DNA of 63,970 nucleotides, counting the filler, from Chiloscyllium plagiosum (lineage: Eukaryota), in assembly GCF_004010195.1 (NCBI RefSeq). It is 5 parts of one record of this genome, joined end to end, with 100 filler letters (N's around TTAATTAATTAA, not from the genome) between each part and the next. Parts side by side here need not be neighbours in the genome. Positions count along the whole stretch, not along the records: positions 1 to 15,608 come from NC_057715.1; positions 15,709 to 28,873 come from NC_057715.1; 3 more parts are not named here. One strand, written 5' to 3'. Below are positions 13,332 to 26,715 of this stretch, one piece after another (the stretch's first letter is position 1; the number at the start of each line of letters is the position of its first letter). Made by a program: the position numbers and the translations under genes. The notes under the pieces were generated by a model. The model saw nothing but the letters and a program-made list of their open reading frames with translations, ran no database searches and had not been told where the DNA came from.

Positions 13332-15608
13332 CTAAGAATAAAAAGAGCACAATTGGAATCATTTAGTTGTAGCATTTACAAGTCACAATAGCTTTTCTGT
13401 AAGTCTTCAGTATAAGTCACACTTTCACACAACTTTATATTCCGTGGGGAGCCATCAGGTGTGAATGGCATCACTGTTTCATGATTGCTACAGTCCAACA
13501 GAATTCTGAATTAGTGTAGGCATTGTAAACATCTCTGATTGAGACCTTGACCATTGAAGGTTAAGGTGTCGATTGAAAGACCTACAGCAGCTTAAAGGGT
13601 CAGAGATCCTGGAATTGTTTAAGCTGCAGGAACCTTTATGATTGCTTTCTCCCTGCGGTGAAGCACAGCTTTTAGGGGGAAGACGCTCTACTTTGCAGAT
13701 TCAACCCGCTACTTCAGGAGGTTAGGCCAAGTTTTGTATCTGACAAAAGAAACAAAGGTCATTAGCAGAGAGGAATTACAAGACCATAAGATAAAGGAGC
13801 AGAAGCAGGCCTTTCATAGCTGAGCTAAAACTCCTCAACTCCACCTTCATGCCTTTTCCCTACAACACTTGATTCCTTTACTGATTCAAATACTGCCGAT
13901 CTCAGCCTTAAATATGCATAACGACCCAGCCTCTATAGCATTCTGGGGCAAACGATTCCACAATTTCACAACCCACTGAGAGAAGAAATTCCTCCCCATT
14001 TTTGTCTGAAAAGGATGAATACCATTTGAGTTTCTCCCACATAACAACTTGGTTAAGAGTTAGGTTAAAAGTAAATGATCCCCAAGAAGAAAACAACAGA
14101 CTCAAAACAGCTGGAAGGATTATAAAACCTTGCCAACCTAGAAATACATTTCTGCCTTCTGAGGCAGATCAAATGGAAATCTGATGAAACATCTTATTTG
14201 CCTTTAGCTGCCACAGACACTCCACTGGCCAGTGGAGAAGGCAATCAAAATAGGATGAAGAAAATAGAGGGTAGAATTCCAATAGAATGGAACTCTTGCT
14301 CACTGTGAAATCACATCAAATTGTTTAATTGGGAAAGGAAAACTCAGATTATCAGGATTTCAGAGCCTTTATGTAAAATATGTCAATGCACAGCTAAAAC
14401 AGTTTATTTGTATGGACAACACATAATGTAGATACAATAAAGAACTGCAGATGCTGGAAATCTGAAACAAAAATGGAAATTGCTGGAGAAATTCAGCAGA
14501 TCTGGCAGCATCCGTGGAGATAAAGCAGAGTTAATGTTTCAAGTCAAATGACCCATCTTCAGAACACGTTGTTTAGATTTCACTATAACAACACTTTATA
14601 ACACAATGAACAATGCAATGTCATAACTTTATCTACAAAGCATTATGATACATTTCATTACAGGAATTAATAAAGTTTTATCAATATAAATTAGCCGGAG
14701 AAATGATAGCATAGTGGTAATGTCAGGGGACTAGGAAACTAAAGACCTAGGTTAATGTTCTGGATACATGGGTTCACATTCCACTATGATATATGGAATC
14801 ATACAAAGCAAAAGAGGCCTTTCAGCCCAGCGAGGCTGCACTTTCCAGCATTTGACCTATAGCCTTGAATGTTATACTGATAATATTAAACTGCAATTAA
14901 TAAATCTGGAATTGTAATCATTGAACTAGTCTCAATGATGGTGACCCATTATAACTTTTTATTTAAAAACAAACATCCAGGTCTTTACCTGGCCTACATA
15001 TGACCCCAGACATGTAATGATTGACTAGATTAGTGGTGCTGGAAGAGCACAGCAATTCAGGCAGCATCCGAGGACAGGCAAAATACGAGGACAGGCAAAA
15101 TCGACGTTTCGGGCAAAAGCCCTCCATAACCAGCGCTCCTCAAACATTCCAGAAGATTCCCCTGACCTCGGAAACACCATTAGCCATGCGGCTGATGCAG
15201 CTACCACCCCCACGCTGATTGATGATGTCACTTCTGCCCCCATCATGGCTACTCCCACAGCCACTTCCGCCCCTCACATCATCGCTGATGCCACACGCTC
15301 AGTGACTTCCGCCACCCCTACTGCCGTGTCTGCCACGACGTCCGACCCCACCAGCGCCACTCACCTGCATTCTGCTGACACGCCCCCCACAGACCCCACT
15401 GTCACTATCCCCACCCCCCAGAACCCCGAGGGGAACACTACCCCTGCTCATGACTCTACCCCCATTCCCCCCACCATCACACCCACTCCAGGTACTGGCT
15501 CCGACCCCACTCCCAGCTCTACACCCACACCAGCTCCCAGCTCCCAGCCCTGCTGAGTTTTCACCATCCCCCCAGACCTCCCCCTCACTGAGGACAAACG
15601 ATCAGTCC

Positions 15609-15708
15609 NNNNNNNNNNNNNNNNNNNNNNNNNNNNNNNNNNNNNNNNNNNNTTAATTAATTAANNNNNNNNNNNNNNNNNNNNNNNNNNNNNNNNNNNN
15701 NNNNNNNN
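15609..15708. other. Assembly gap with a TTAATTAATTAA spacer (also 28874-28973, 40169-40268, 60769-60868; plain gap at 49978-50069)
   Basis: Identical N44-TTAATTAATTAA-N44 structure at four sites. Confidence 0.95.
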
Positions 15709-15754
15709 CTCCTCTAGCTTATCTCTCCACGCTTCAGGCTCTTTGCCTTTATTC

Positions 15755-15782
15755 CTGATGAAGGGCTTTTGCCCGAAACGTC
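15755..15782 (+). ncRNA. Minimal hammerhead ribozyme motif (Penelope type)
   Basis: CTGATGA-A-GGGC-TTTT-GCCC-GAAA-CGTC: intact catalytic core, stem II and palindromic ACGT helix III. Confidence 0.7.
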
Positions 15783-16659
15783 GATTTTGCCTGTCCTTGG
15801 ATTTTGCCTGTCCTCAGTATGCTGCCTGAATTGCTGTGCTCTTCCAGCACCACTAATCCAGAATCTGGTTTCCAGCATGTAATGATTGAATGTTAACTGC
15901 GTTCTGAAATGGTTTTGCAAGAGTTCAAGGACAATGCAAGACAGGCAACAAGTTCTAGCCTTGCCAGTGATAGCCACATTCCATGAAGGAACTAAATGAA
16001 GTCAACAATCAGCAAGTAGCTTGCAAGTTGAAGGTTAAATGCAAAATTGAATCAATTGACTGAGCTAAAAAAATAGACAAAGTGTAAGTGTGTATGCTGT
16101 TGAAGAAGGATGTGTGTATGTGTGTCCAATTATTAGTAATGAGTGAAGAAATATCTTTAAAATTATATAAATTTGTCAGTTTTGAACAATACAGCAATGA
16201 AAATTCAACTATTCAACCAACTGAAAGAGATTAATGGTGAGGTCTGGGCAGTTATGACAGTTCAGTTAAGAGAAAAATGATAGAAATGCATTTATTAAAA
16301 CAGTTTCCTAAATCTCAGGCATTCTTACAAATGCAATGTACATTATTAAGCTTTAGTCAAAGATTGGTGAAGGGTTTTTGAGTGACTGCATTGAACTAAG
16401 TAGAATATACAGCACAGAAACCATTCAGACCACCTCGTCTCAGCCAGGCTTTCTGTTCCAGCAAGCTTCTTTGTATCCTTTGCCAAATACTGTCAGTACT
16501 AACTTCTATTATTTTCACTTTCATGTCATCTCAAACATTTATGTAAAATCAGTGTGCAGCTAAAACAGTTTGTATGCATGGACAACACAGTTTGAATGTC
16601 TCTATAATGAAAGGTAAAGGTAAAGTCGCCATGGATCCAGAAGATCGTGCTCTCTCATT

Positions 16660-16713
16660 AGAGAGAGAGAGAAAGAGAGATGGAGAGAGAGAAAGAGAGA
16701 GAGAGAGAGAAAG
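16660..16713. repeat. (GA)n microsatellite
   Basis: Imperfect GA dinucleotide run. Confidence 0.9.
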
Positions 16714-18148
16714 AACTACTATTGTTTTGAACTGAGGGTGCACAAACCTCAGGTGAGGGGTGAGGTTGAGAAGGGGGAACCTTCATTGTAGAGTCATAGA
16801 TTCCTACGGTGTGGAATCTGACCTAGTCCCACTTGCCAGCATTTAACCCATATTACTCTTAAACCCTTCCTCCTCATATATGAACCAGATGACTCTTAAA
16901 TGTTGTAATTGTATCCACCTCCAACACTTTCTCTGGCAGCTTGCTCCATACATGCACCACCCTCTGTGTGAAAAAGTTACTCCTCAGGTCCTTTGTAAAT
17001 ATTTCCCCACGCCTTAAACCCATGCCCTCTTGTTTTCTACTCCACATTCATTATAATAAGTGTATAATGTAATTAATAGTGGACTGTTATTATTTTACCT
17101 AGGAAATATAAGTTTCTTCTCACCTACGAAGTATTTAGACATGTTGCTTTCTAAATAACCATCTTTCCAAAGAAGCCCAGAACTATTGAAGTGAAACAAC
17201 TTGATGAGATTCATGAAAATCTCAAAATAGCCTCTGCATTAGATTTGTGAATAAGACATATAAGTAATCCTATATGTTACTTGTACTTTAGACTGATGTA
17301 GATGGGATCAGGAAACTTCAATGATTTAAATATGAAACTAATGTTATGGTTTAACAGTTTTAAGGTGATATAATGCTTGCTTTGAACACATAAACATTAG
17401 TTCTTGAGGAGAAACCCTGGACAGTTTTCTCTCTTATGTTTCATAACCCCAAATACAGGGAGGAATTAATCATCTCCCTTCTGAATTAATCAATTAGTGG
17501 GAAGATGGTGGGCTTGCATTACAAATAAGGATGGAGGGTAGCTACTCAAGCCTGGTGAGTCATTAGGAGGCCATGAAACATTGAAGACATTTGTTTAAAT
17601 TCTAGTGAGACAGGGTTCAAGTCCCACCGGTTCCTGAAGTGTGTAATGATAGATTGAGGGGGAGGGGGTCTTCCAAAGGGATTCCTCTGGCCACAGCTGA
17701 GGCCAGGCAGGCTGTGAAACATGCCTCAAACTGGGGAACTGGCAGCCAACTACAACTTCCAGACTGCCTCTGACAAGAGGCCTCATTTGACCTTCACCAC
17801 AGGAAGTGTAGTACACTTTAATTACTGGTGGGTGACTCCACTAACTCCTATCCTGCCTTCAGCAAAGAAAAAAAGGCCAGGAGGCAGGATGGAGCAACCA
17901 AACTAGCCACTGCTGAGCAGTGTGCAACTTCATGTCCTCCTGCCTCTGTGCTCTCCCCCCATTAGAGCGGGGAGAATGGCTAAAACAATCCTGCCCCACT
18001 TTCCATTAAACAGAAAATAAGCATCTTCTTTTCAATTATTGAAGTTAATATTAGCAAGCAAACAAATAGATGGAAAGATGAAGCAAGTCCTTGTGAAAGC
18101 ACAGATCTTAACAAATTTATTATCTTCCAGGTTGTTTTGCCATCATAC

Positions 18149-18329
18149 CTGACTTGCCCATTCCCTCCAGCATCTGGATCGACCGCATGGACAGTTAAAA
18201 CCTTGAAGCCAATGGGGGCAGCTTCACTGACTGTGACACTGCATTGACGTTGGTCAAAAAGAGGAGTGTTATCGTTGAGATCATCAACAATTATTCTGAT
18301 TGTTCCAGATCCAGTAAGTGGTGGATCAC
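18149..18329 (-). CDS. Internal exon (181 bp, phase 1 to 2) of a FAT4-like protocadherin
   Basis: Acceptor ttttctag|GTGATCCA and donor GTCAG|gtatg. Encodes GDPPLTGSGTIRIIVDDLNDNTPLF...VDPDAGGNGQV with the cadherin DxNDN and DxD motifs. End phase matches the next exon. Confidence 0.92.
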
Positions 18330-18435
18330 CTAGAAAAACAGAGGAAACCTGAAGGTTACAATCCATTATTCCATTACTGATATTGAGTCATTAACATACA
18401 TATTTTCTTTTTTGAACTCCTCTCAAAATTTGTTC

Positions 18436-19081
18436 TCATAGAGTCATAGAGATGTACAGCATGGAAACAGACCTGTCAGTCCAACCCATCCATGCCGACC
18501 AGATATCCCAACCCAATCTAGTCCCACCTGCCAGCACCCGCCCACATCCCTCCAAACCCTTCCTATTCATATACCCATCCAGATGCCTTTTAAATGTTGC
18601 AATTGTACTAGCCTCCACCACTTCCTCTGGCATCTCATTCCATACACGTACCACCCTCTGTGTGAAAAGGTTGTCCCTTAGGTCTCTTTTACATCTTTCT
18701 CCTCTCACCCTAAACCTATGCCCTCTAGTTCTGGACTCCCCCACCCCAGGGAAAAGACTTTGTCTATTTACCCTATCCATGCCCCTCATGATTGTATAAA
18801 CCTCTATAACGTCACCCCTCAACCTCCAACACTCCAGGGATAACAGCCCCAACCCAATCAACCTCTCCCTATTGCTCAAATTCTCCAACCCTGGCAACAT
18901 CCTTGTAAATCTTTTATGAACCCTTTCAAGTTTCACAACATCCTTCCGATAGGAAGGAGACCAAAATTGCATGCAATATTCCAAAAGTGGCCTAACGAAT
19001 GTCCTATACAGCCACAACTTGACCTCCCAATTCCTATACTCAATACTCTGACCAATAAAGGAAAGCATACCAAATGCCTTC
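18436..19081 (-). mobile_element. CR1 LINE 3' fragment
   Basis: 210-aa ORF LYRTFVRPLLEYCMQFWSP...RLRGDVIEVY...VWNEMP with a 3' tail. Confidence 0.92.
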
Positions 19082-19510
19082 TCAGTAATAATTACCTTTA
19101 CTAGCCCTCTTTAAACAGTGGATAGAATTCTAGCACTCTGTGCAACTGATACTGAAGTAATGGAGATATGTGTCCAAGTTAGGATGGTGTGTGACGTGAA
19201 GGGGAAATGGAGATTGTTATATTCTCACAACATTGTACCTTTCATCCTATTTGGTATTTGAGATTAGGGAGGTGGGAGCTTAACGTGATATAAACTAGGT
19301 GACTAATGGGACTCCCTCTTAAAAATGATACCTCCTTCACAACATACCAAAACCGGGATAGATATTGAATCTGACAATGGTGACAGCAATTAACTGAACT
19401 ATTCTGACCTGGATATAGAAACAGACTTAACATTTTGAGCACACTGACCCCTCTGCTTTTTCTCTACAAATGCTGCCAAATCTGCTGAGTTTCCCCAACA
19501 ATTCTGTTTA

Positions 19511-20063
19511 CATTTTTTTTTCTTTTTCCTTAAAACTTTACTAGGAGAAAGTGAGAACTGCAGATGCTGGAGATCAGAGCTGAAAATGTATTGCTGGAAA
19601 AGCGCAGCAGGTCAGGCAGCATCCAAAACTTAAAACTTTACCCCACACTACTGCCTAGCTGTGGTAGTGCTTATTTTTCCACAGCGCCCATGTTGTATGT
19701 TTGCAGGTGTGAGACACAGTGAAAGACGACAGCTGTACAAATCTTTATTCAATTTCCACCACCAGGAAGAAAGGAAACACAAGGTGGCCAATGACAAGCA
19801 GTGCCCTTCACATCAAAGGGCAATGCTGTGTGATCAGAAAAAGTGAAGGGGAGGGCAGGGGTTAAATCAAAATAGAGTTGGAGGGGGAAATAAAGCATTC
19901 CACTCCCTGCTGTGCCCACCTCTCCCTGAACAGCTCAAGGGACACCCGGGCTTGGACGTAGCCGCGGAAAAGGAGCAGGCAATCGGCCATAACGTCCCTC
20001 TCTACAGCCTGCTGCCTGGACCTGTTTATGGCCAGTTTGGCCATGCTCAGGAGCAGACCTACG
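19511..20063 (-). mobile_element. L1/Tx1-clade LINE 3' end with a nested 87-bp Penelope-derived insert
   Basis: GLLLSMAKLAINRSRQ...FRERWAQQGVEC. Poly-T on the plus strand. TSD AACAATTCTGTTTA at 19497-19510 and 20064-20077. The nested insert at 19542-19628 is flanked by CTTAAAACTTTAC. Confidence 0.75.
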
Positions 20064-20084
20064 AACAATTCTGTTTATATTTGT

Positions 20085-20212
20085 TAACTGAAGAAGGGCT
20101 TATGCCCGAAACGTCGATTCTCCTGTTCCCTGGATGCTGCCTGACCTGCTGCGCTTTTCCAGCAACACATTTTCAGCTCTGATCTCCAGCATCTGCAGAC
20201 CTCACTTTCTCC
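20085..20212 (+). mobile_element. Short Penelope pLTR-derived insertion with a hammerhead motif
   Basis: CTGAAGAAGGGCTTATGCCCGAAACGTC at 20088-20115. 10-bp TSD TTATATTTGT at 20075-20084 and 20213-20222. Confidence 0.75.
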
Positions 20213-20224
20213 TTATATTTGTCA

Positions 20225-21580
20225 CAGCCAATTATCACTCCATCAGTCTACTCTTGATCATCAGTACAGTGGTGTAAAGTGTCAACAACAGTGCTATCAA
20301 GCACATGCTCAACAATAACCTGCTCAATGATCCTCAGTTTATGCTACACCAGGGCTACTCAGCTCCTGATCGCATTACAGCTTTAGTTCAAACATGGAGA
20401 AAAGAGCTGAATTCCAGAGGGGAGGTGAGAGTGACTGCTCTAGACAGTGAGGCTACATTTGATCAGACATGGCAACAAAGACCCTCTAACAAAACTGGAG
20501 TCAATTGGAATGGGGAAAATCTCTCTGCTTGGAGTCATACCTGGCACAAAGCTTCTGGTTGTAGAGGTCAGTCATCTTCGCTACTGGATATCTCTGCAAG
20601 AGGTCCTCAAGGTAGTGGTTCAGGTAGAACCATCTCCAGATGCTTCATCAATGAGCTTCCCTCCATTATGAGGAGAGAAGTGGGGATGTTCGCTGATGAT
20701 TGTATAATGTTCAGAACAATTCATGATTCTTCAGATATTGAAGCAGTCCATGTCCAAATGCAATAAGACCTGGACAATCTCCCATCATGGGCTGAAACCT
20801 GGCAAGTAACATCTATGCCACACAAATGCCAGAAATGGCCATCTCCACTAAAAGAGAATTTAACCTCCACCCCTTGACATTCAATGGCATCACCATCACT
20901 GAATCCCAGTCTCCACATCCTTGGGGTTACCATTGAGCTGAAACTGTACAGGACTCATCCTATACATAGTGCGGCTACAAGAGCCGGTCAGAGGCTCTGA
21001 ATCCTGCAGCAAGTAACTCACCTCCTGACTCCCCAAAGCCTGCCCATCATCTACAAGGCACAAGTCAGGAGCATGGTGGAGTACTCACCATATTCCAGGT
21101 GAGTGCAGCTCCAACAACACTCAAGAAGTTTGAGACCATGAGGATAAAGCAGCTGGCTTGATTGGCACCATATCCACAAGCATCCATTCCCTCCACCACT
21201 GATGTTCAGTGGCAGCAGTGTGTAATATCGACAAGATACATTGCAGAAATTCACCAAAGATCTTTAAAGACTTCCTTCCAAACCCATGACTACTTCCATC
21301 CAGAAGGACAAGGGCAGCAGACACACAGGAACAGCGCCACCTGCAAGTTCCCCTCCAAGCTACTCACCATCCTGACTTGGAAATATATTGCCATTTCTTC
21401 AGTGTTGCAGGATCAAAGTCCTGGAATTCCTTCCCTTACGGTATTGTATAAGTCTACCTACAGCACATGGACTGTAGTGGTTCAGGAAGGCAGCTCACCA
21501 TCTTCTCAAGGGCAACTAGGGAAGGGTAATAAATATTGGGCCAGCCTGTGATGCCTATGTCCTATAAATGAATAAAAAAA
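20225..21580 (+). mobile_element. Degenerate CR1/L2-clade LINE (RT plus 3' end)
   Basis: VTALD..ATFD, GPQGS, MFADDC and WQVT motifs with frameshifts. A-rich end. Confidence 0.85.
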
Positions 21581-22689
21581 TTACTATGCAACTTTCTATC
21601 TTATCAAAGGGAGTGATCAGTGTAGACAGTGAGTATTCTAAAATGTGGAGTAAGTACTCGGCAACTTCAGCTTACCACTTGCTGCAAAGGACCTCCATGG
21701 CTACCAGGCACCAATATCTCTCAGCATGCTCCCCCGGAACTGGATACACAAACTCCACATCCATGGATTTGATAAGCTGTAAGAACCTTCTTGGCACATA
21801 TCTGATCTATGTACAGGGCACTTCTGCATTTGTGTAATGCACTTCAGTCTGCACCAGCAACTAGAATTGTAATGCAGCAACAAGGACTGTTTGCACTCTG
21901 GACCACACTGCATCTCCAGCCTGGTTGCTGACTTACTCTGAGGCTACTTGGATGCTTACAACATTCTGGGCTAGAATTCTTCAAGAGAGATGCTATGGGG
22001 CGGTGGAGGGGGCGAGGGGGAATGGGGGGTGGTGGAGCTGGTTATGAAGCATGTTTGGTAAGATATGATGACAAAATGGATAGGCCTTACAGTGAGAATC
22101 TCCTAAAAACCCAACAAAACTAACACTATGCCAAGATGGTGATATATTCCATCCCACTGTATTTCTAATTTGATGCCAAGATGATCGATCTTTCTTCCTT
22201 TAAACTGTTAAGCATTTGTAGTATTTTAGTTGGATTTCAAAGGTAGACAGTCTCACAAATCACTGATTTTTACATAATCTCCCAGTTCTTTCTTCAGCTA
22301 TTGTCTCTAATATATTCCTCATCATTCATCCTGTTTCTTCTGATGTTCATGAATATTTTACTTTCCCTCAAAGTTGTGCTCAAAGCAGTATAACATTATT
22401 CATATCAGATAATGTCACAGGCCTGACTCATTGTTCATGATGGATGGGAGGAGATCAGAGTGAATTAACTCTAAAGAACCTGAAACATGACCTCAATGTG
22501 CTTCTGACATTTATGTGTTTGGAGGAAGCGAATGGTGTGAATGTTCTGTCTTGGAGAGATGAGATATGTCATGAGCATATCTAAATCAATCTCAAACCAT
22601 TAGACAGGGAGTTTGATTTTGATGTTATCATTGCTAACTGAGTTACACTAGACTACCTGCTTGCTATAATTGTAGAACAGCCTGTAATA

Positions 22690-23995
22690 GTCAGAGCTGG
22701 GAAACAACCAATGAATCAGATCTTCAATCCTATCATATCCAGTTGTGAATGGTGGTGGACGATTAAACAACGAACAGGAGGTGGGCGCTGCATAAATATT
22801 CCCATCTTCAAAGATGCAGGAGGTCAGGATATCAGTGTCAAATACAAAGCTGAAGCTTTTGAATTCTTCTTCAGCCAGGATAACCAAGTTGATGATCTAT
22901 CTTGACTTCTTTCTGAGGTTCCCAGCATTCAGAATGCTCAGGTTCAGCCAATTCACTTCACTCCATATGATATTGAGAAACAGCTAAAGGCAATGGGCAC
23001 TGAAGAGATTAGGGGCCATAACAACATCTTGGTGATAGTCCTGAAGAACCGAGTGGCAGAACCAGCTGTGCATCTAGCCAATTGATACCAGTACAGCTGC
23101 AATGCAGGCATCTACCCACTATTGTGGAAAAGAGACACATGTGAGCATCACTGGTTAGGCTAGTCTTATTCCCCATCCTTAATTGCTCAGAGGGCAGTTA
23201 CGGGTCATCCACATTGCTCTGAGTCTGGAGTCACATGTAGGCCACACCAGGTAAAGGGTGGCAGTTGCCGTCTCTGAAGGATAATAATGAACTGATGGGT
23301 TTTTCCTGATGATCAACAACAGTTTCATGGTCATCATTAGACTCTTAATTCCAGATTTTTATTGAATGTAAGTTCTACCATCGACATGGCTGGATTTGAA
23401 TCCAAGTTGCCAGAACATTGCCTAGGTCTCTGGATTAGTAGGTCAAGCCATATCCAACCTAACTAGTTGCAGCATTAGCAAAGTGATGGATAATGTCATT
23501 GACAGTGCTATCAAGCAGTGCTATCAACCCACCCATTGATTCTCAGTTTGGGTTCCAACAAAGCCACATAGCTCCTGGCCGCATTATCACCTTAATCCAA
23601 AAATGGACAAAAACACTCAACTCCAGAGGTGAGATAATAATGACTGCCCTTGATATTGAGATGACATTTGATCGCGTATCATCATAGACCCAGCGAAACT
23701 GGAGTCAATGGGAATAGGGGGGATATCTCTCTACCAGATGGAGTTATTCTTGGCAAAGAAGAAGAACTTCAATCATCTTAGCTCCTGGACATCATTGCAA
23801 GAGTTCTTCAAGGTAATTTCCTCGGCCCAACTGCCTTTAGTTGCTTGTTGCAACTTTCTAATAGCATTGTGGGTCAGCCTGCACAACATGGGCTGCTGCA
23901 ATTCAAGAAGACAGTTCACTACCACATTCTCAGTGGCAAATAGGGATGTGCAATAAATGCTGGCCCAGCTAACAATGCCCAATCCCAATTAATAA
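22690..23995 (+). mobile_element. Older copy of the same LINE family, interrupted by a SINE-like insert
   Basis: QFGFQQSHIAPGRII...MTALDIEMTFDRV and the same 3' end as 20225-21580. Confidence 0.7.
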
Positions 23996-25254
23996 GTTGA
24001 AAAAGTTTCACAGGGTTAGGAAAACTAGACAGTAAAAGGGAGCTGTGAATTAATGATTTTTACAACATTTTTCATGGGTCCGGGGGAACAGGAGTGCTCT
24101 CTCCAGCTCCTCGAGCAAACCATTTGACTCCCTTTGGCCCATTGTGACCTCTCTCTAGCCTCTATTGTTTGGTGTCCTCTGCTCTAAGCTGATTTGAAGG
24201 CTGTCCTCATGCCAGTTGCTGGTGACTGACCAGGGTGGGAAACTGAATGCAAATCTCATACCAAGTTTTTGTGTTAAATTTGGGCAGAACTGCCACACTA
24301 TAATCTTGCCACATTTGTAAATTGGTTTTCCCTGTGAACTGTTCCTATCAGATTCTAAATTGTGTAATTTATCTTAACATATGGCATTTGAATTCTTTTG
24401 TTAAAGTGAGTAAGCCACTCCTGCTCTCAATTCATGTGTTTGCGTTGTGGGATAGAGAGGAAAGTGAAGATCACATTAAATGGTGGATCAGGCTAGAAGG
24501 AATAAAAGGCCTCCTGTTCCTGATTTGTTCTTTTGTAAGTATGCGCATATGAATGGCTTTTTGGTGGAAAAAATACACTTTCTTGTGAGGACAAAGTGTA
24601 GTTTATGTAACCAATTATCTTTGACACAAGTAACGTAAGGAGATGTTTTTCAGTTATATAGGACGTTGATAAGACAATATCTTGAATAACATGTGCCGCC
24701 TTGGGAAGGAAGGGAGTGCATTGGAGGCAGTTCCAAAGAGGTTTACCTGATTACTACCTGGAACCAGCAGGTTGCCTTATAGGATTGGATAGGCTGAGCC
24801 CATTCCCACTGGAGTTTGAGACAATAAAACTGAAGCTGCTGGAATCCAAAGTAGACAAGCAGGAGGCTGGAAGAATGCAGCAAGCCCTGGTGGCATCAGG
24901 AGGTGGAGAAGTCGGCTACTAGAGTTTAGCAAAGTGATACGTGATTGAACTGTATAGGATTGTGATTGGGCTTGACAAAGTGGATGTAGAAAGAATGTGG
25001 GTGCACCTAGAACTAGGAAGGACTGCTTTATAATGAGGGGCTGCCCTTTCAGGACAGAAATAGGGAAAATTTGTTTCTCTTAGAGAATTATGTGACTTTG
25101 GAGTTCTCGGAAGGTAGTGGGGGCGGGTCATTGAACATTTTTAAGAAAGAGATCAATATATTCGTGGGGTTCACCAGTTATTGGGGTAGATGGAAATGTG
25201 GAATTTGAAACACAAACAGATCAGCAATGATTGTAATGAGTAGCCTTGTTACAA

Positions 25255-26606
25255 TCTGAAGTCCCCAGCTGCTTCAAGAAAACCACCGTCATCCTGATGC
25301 TAAAGAAAGCATATGCAACTTGTCTCAAGGACTACTGCCCGGTAAATAATTATGCAGTGCTTCAGGAGGTTAGTCATTGCTCACATTAACTCTCACCTCC
25401 CAGCCTGCCTCGATCCCTTGCAATTTGCTATCGGTGCATCAGATCCACGGCAGACACCATTTCCCCAACCTTACACTCATCCTGGAACATCTTGATAATA
25501 AGGATACCTATGGCAAGCTTCCACTTAATGGCTACAGCTCCTGCTTCAACACTACAATCCCACCCAGACTAATCTCCACACTCTGAGACTAGGTCTCTGC
25601 TCCACCCTCTGCAACTGGATCCTCAGCTTTCTGACCCACAAACCACAAACAGTGAAGATAGACAACATCACCTCCTCCACGACAATCCTCAACACTGGTG
25701 CCCTGCAAGGATACATACTCTGCCCCCTACTGTATACTCATGGCTGAGCGGCCAAATTTTGCCCAAACTCCATCTACAAGTTCATTGATGACACCATCGT
25801 TGTCGGACAGATATCAAACAATGACGAGACCAAATACAGGAAAAAGATAGAATGCTTGGTTATATGGTGCAAAGATAACAATCTCTCCTTCAATGCCAGC
25901 AGAACAAAAGAGCTGATTATCGACTTCGGGAAGCAAGGAGGAGGGCATGCCCCTGTGTATGTCATTGGAGCTGAAGTTGAGGTGGTCAAGAACGTCAAGT
26001 TCATGGAGTGATGATCACAGACAATCTGTCCTGGACCACCCACCTTGATACCTCTCCTTCCTCAGGAGGCTAAGGAAACTCAGCATAAGGACCCTCACCA
26101 ACCTTTACAGGCACACCATAGAAAGCATGCTGTCTGGTTGCATCATGGCTTGGTACAGCAACTGCTCTGCCCAGGACTGTTAGAAGACCACACAAAGTTG
26201 TGAACACAGCCCAGTCCATCACACAAACCAACCTTCCATCTATTGACTCCATCTACACTCCTTGTTGCCACAGAAAGGCAACCAATGCCACCAAAGACCC
26301 CTCCCACACTGGTTATAATCTCTTCCAACCTCTTCTGTCAGGTAGAAGGTGCAAAAGCTTAAACACACAAAACAACACATTCAGGAATAGCTTCTTCTCC
26401 CGCATTATTAGACTTCTGAATCAGCCTCTCAAATTTCAAATCTAATGTGGGTCTTGATTTTTGTGCACTTTCTCTGCAGCCATAACTTTATATCCCTCAC
26501 TCTGTTCAGTCACCCTATGATTGTTGTATGATATGGTCTGCAAACCAAAACTTTTCACTGTACCGAGGTACATGTGACTATAATACATCAAATCAAACCA
26601 AATCAA
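25255..26606 (+). mobile_element. Rex1/Babar-clade LINE, degenerate RT and 3' end
   Basis: KFIDDTIVVGQISNNDETKYRKKIECLVIWCKDNNLSFNASRTKELIIDF. Ends in a (TCAAA)-like tail. Confidence 0.8.
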
Positions 26607-26715
26607 AAGTGGAGCAGGTTTGGGGTGGCTGAATGATCCAGTTAGATGACAGGTTTGTATATTTGCAGTCTGAAGCTGAGCAAATGCCTTGTCAAAGATA
26701 TGGGTTTAAGGAGTC

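Larger units (their letters stand above)
15025..15875 (+). mobile_element. Penelope-like retroelement (gapped) with an inverted 5' pLTR
   Basis: 14-bp TSD CATGTAATGATTGA at 15011-15024 and 15876-15889. Inverted terminal copies. ORF piece VFTIPPDLPLTEDKRSV. Hammerhead core at 15755-15782. Confidence 0.8.

Noticed and set aside
15245..15556. Mucin-like Thr/Pro-rich ORF
   Set aside because: Low-complexity part of a Penelope ORF inside a TSD-bounded element.
15653..15664. Recurrent TTAATTAATTAA motif
   Set aside because: Always centred in N runs. It is an artificial six-frame-stop gap spacer.
22590..22645. Plus-strand 'KPLDRE' cadherin-like motif
   Set aside because: On the wrong strand for the cadherin gene, and the context (DFDVIIA) fits a LINE endonuclease remnant.
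24322..24405. Alternative MEDAG exon 1 ending LNSFVK|gtgagt
   Set aside because: Donor phase 0 is incompatible with the phase-2 exon 2, and 33092-33345 matches much better.
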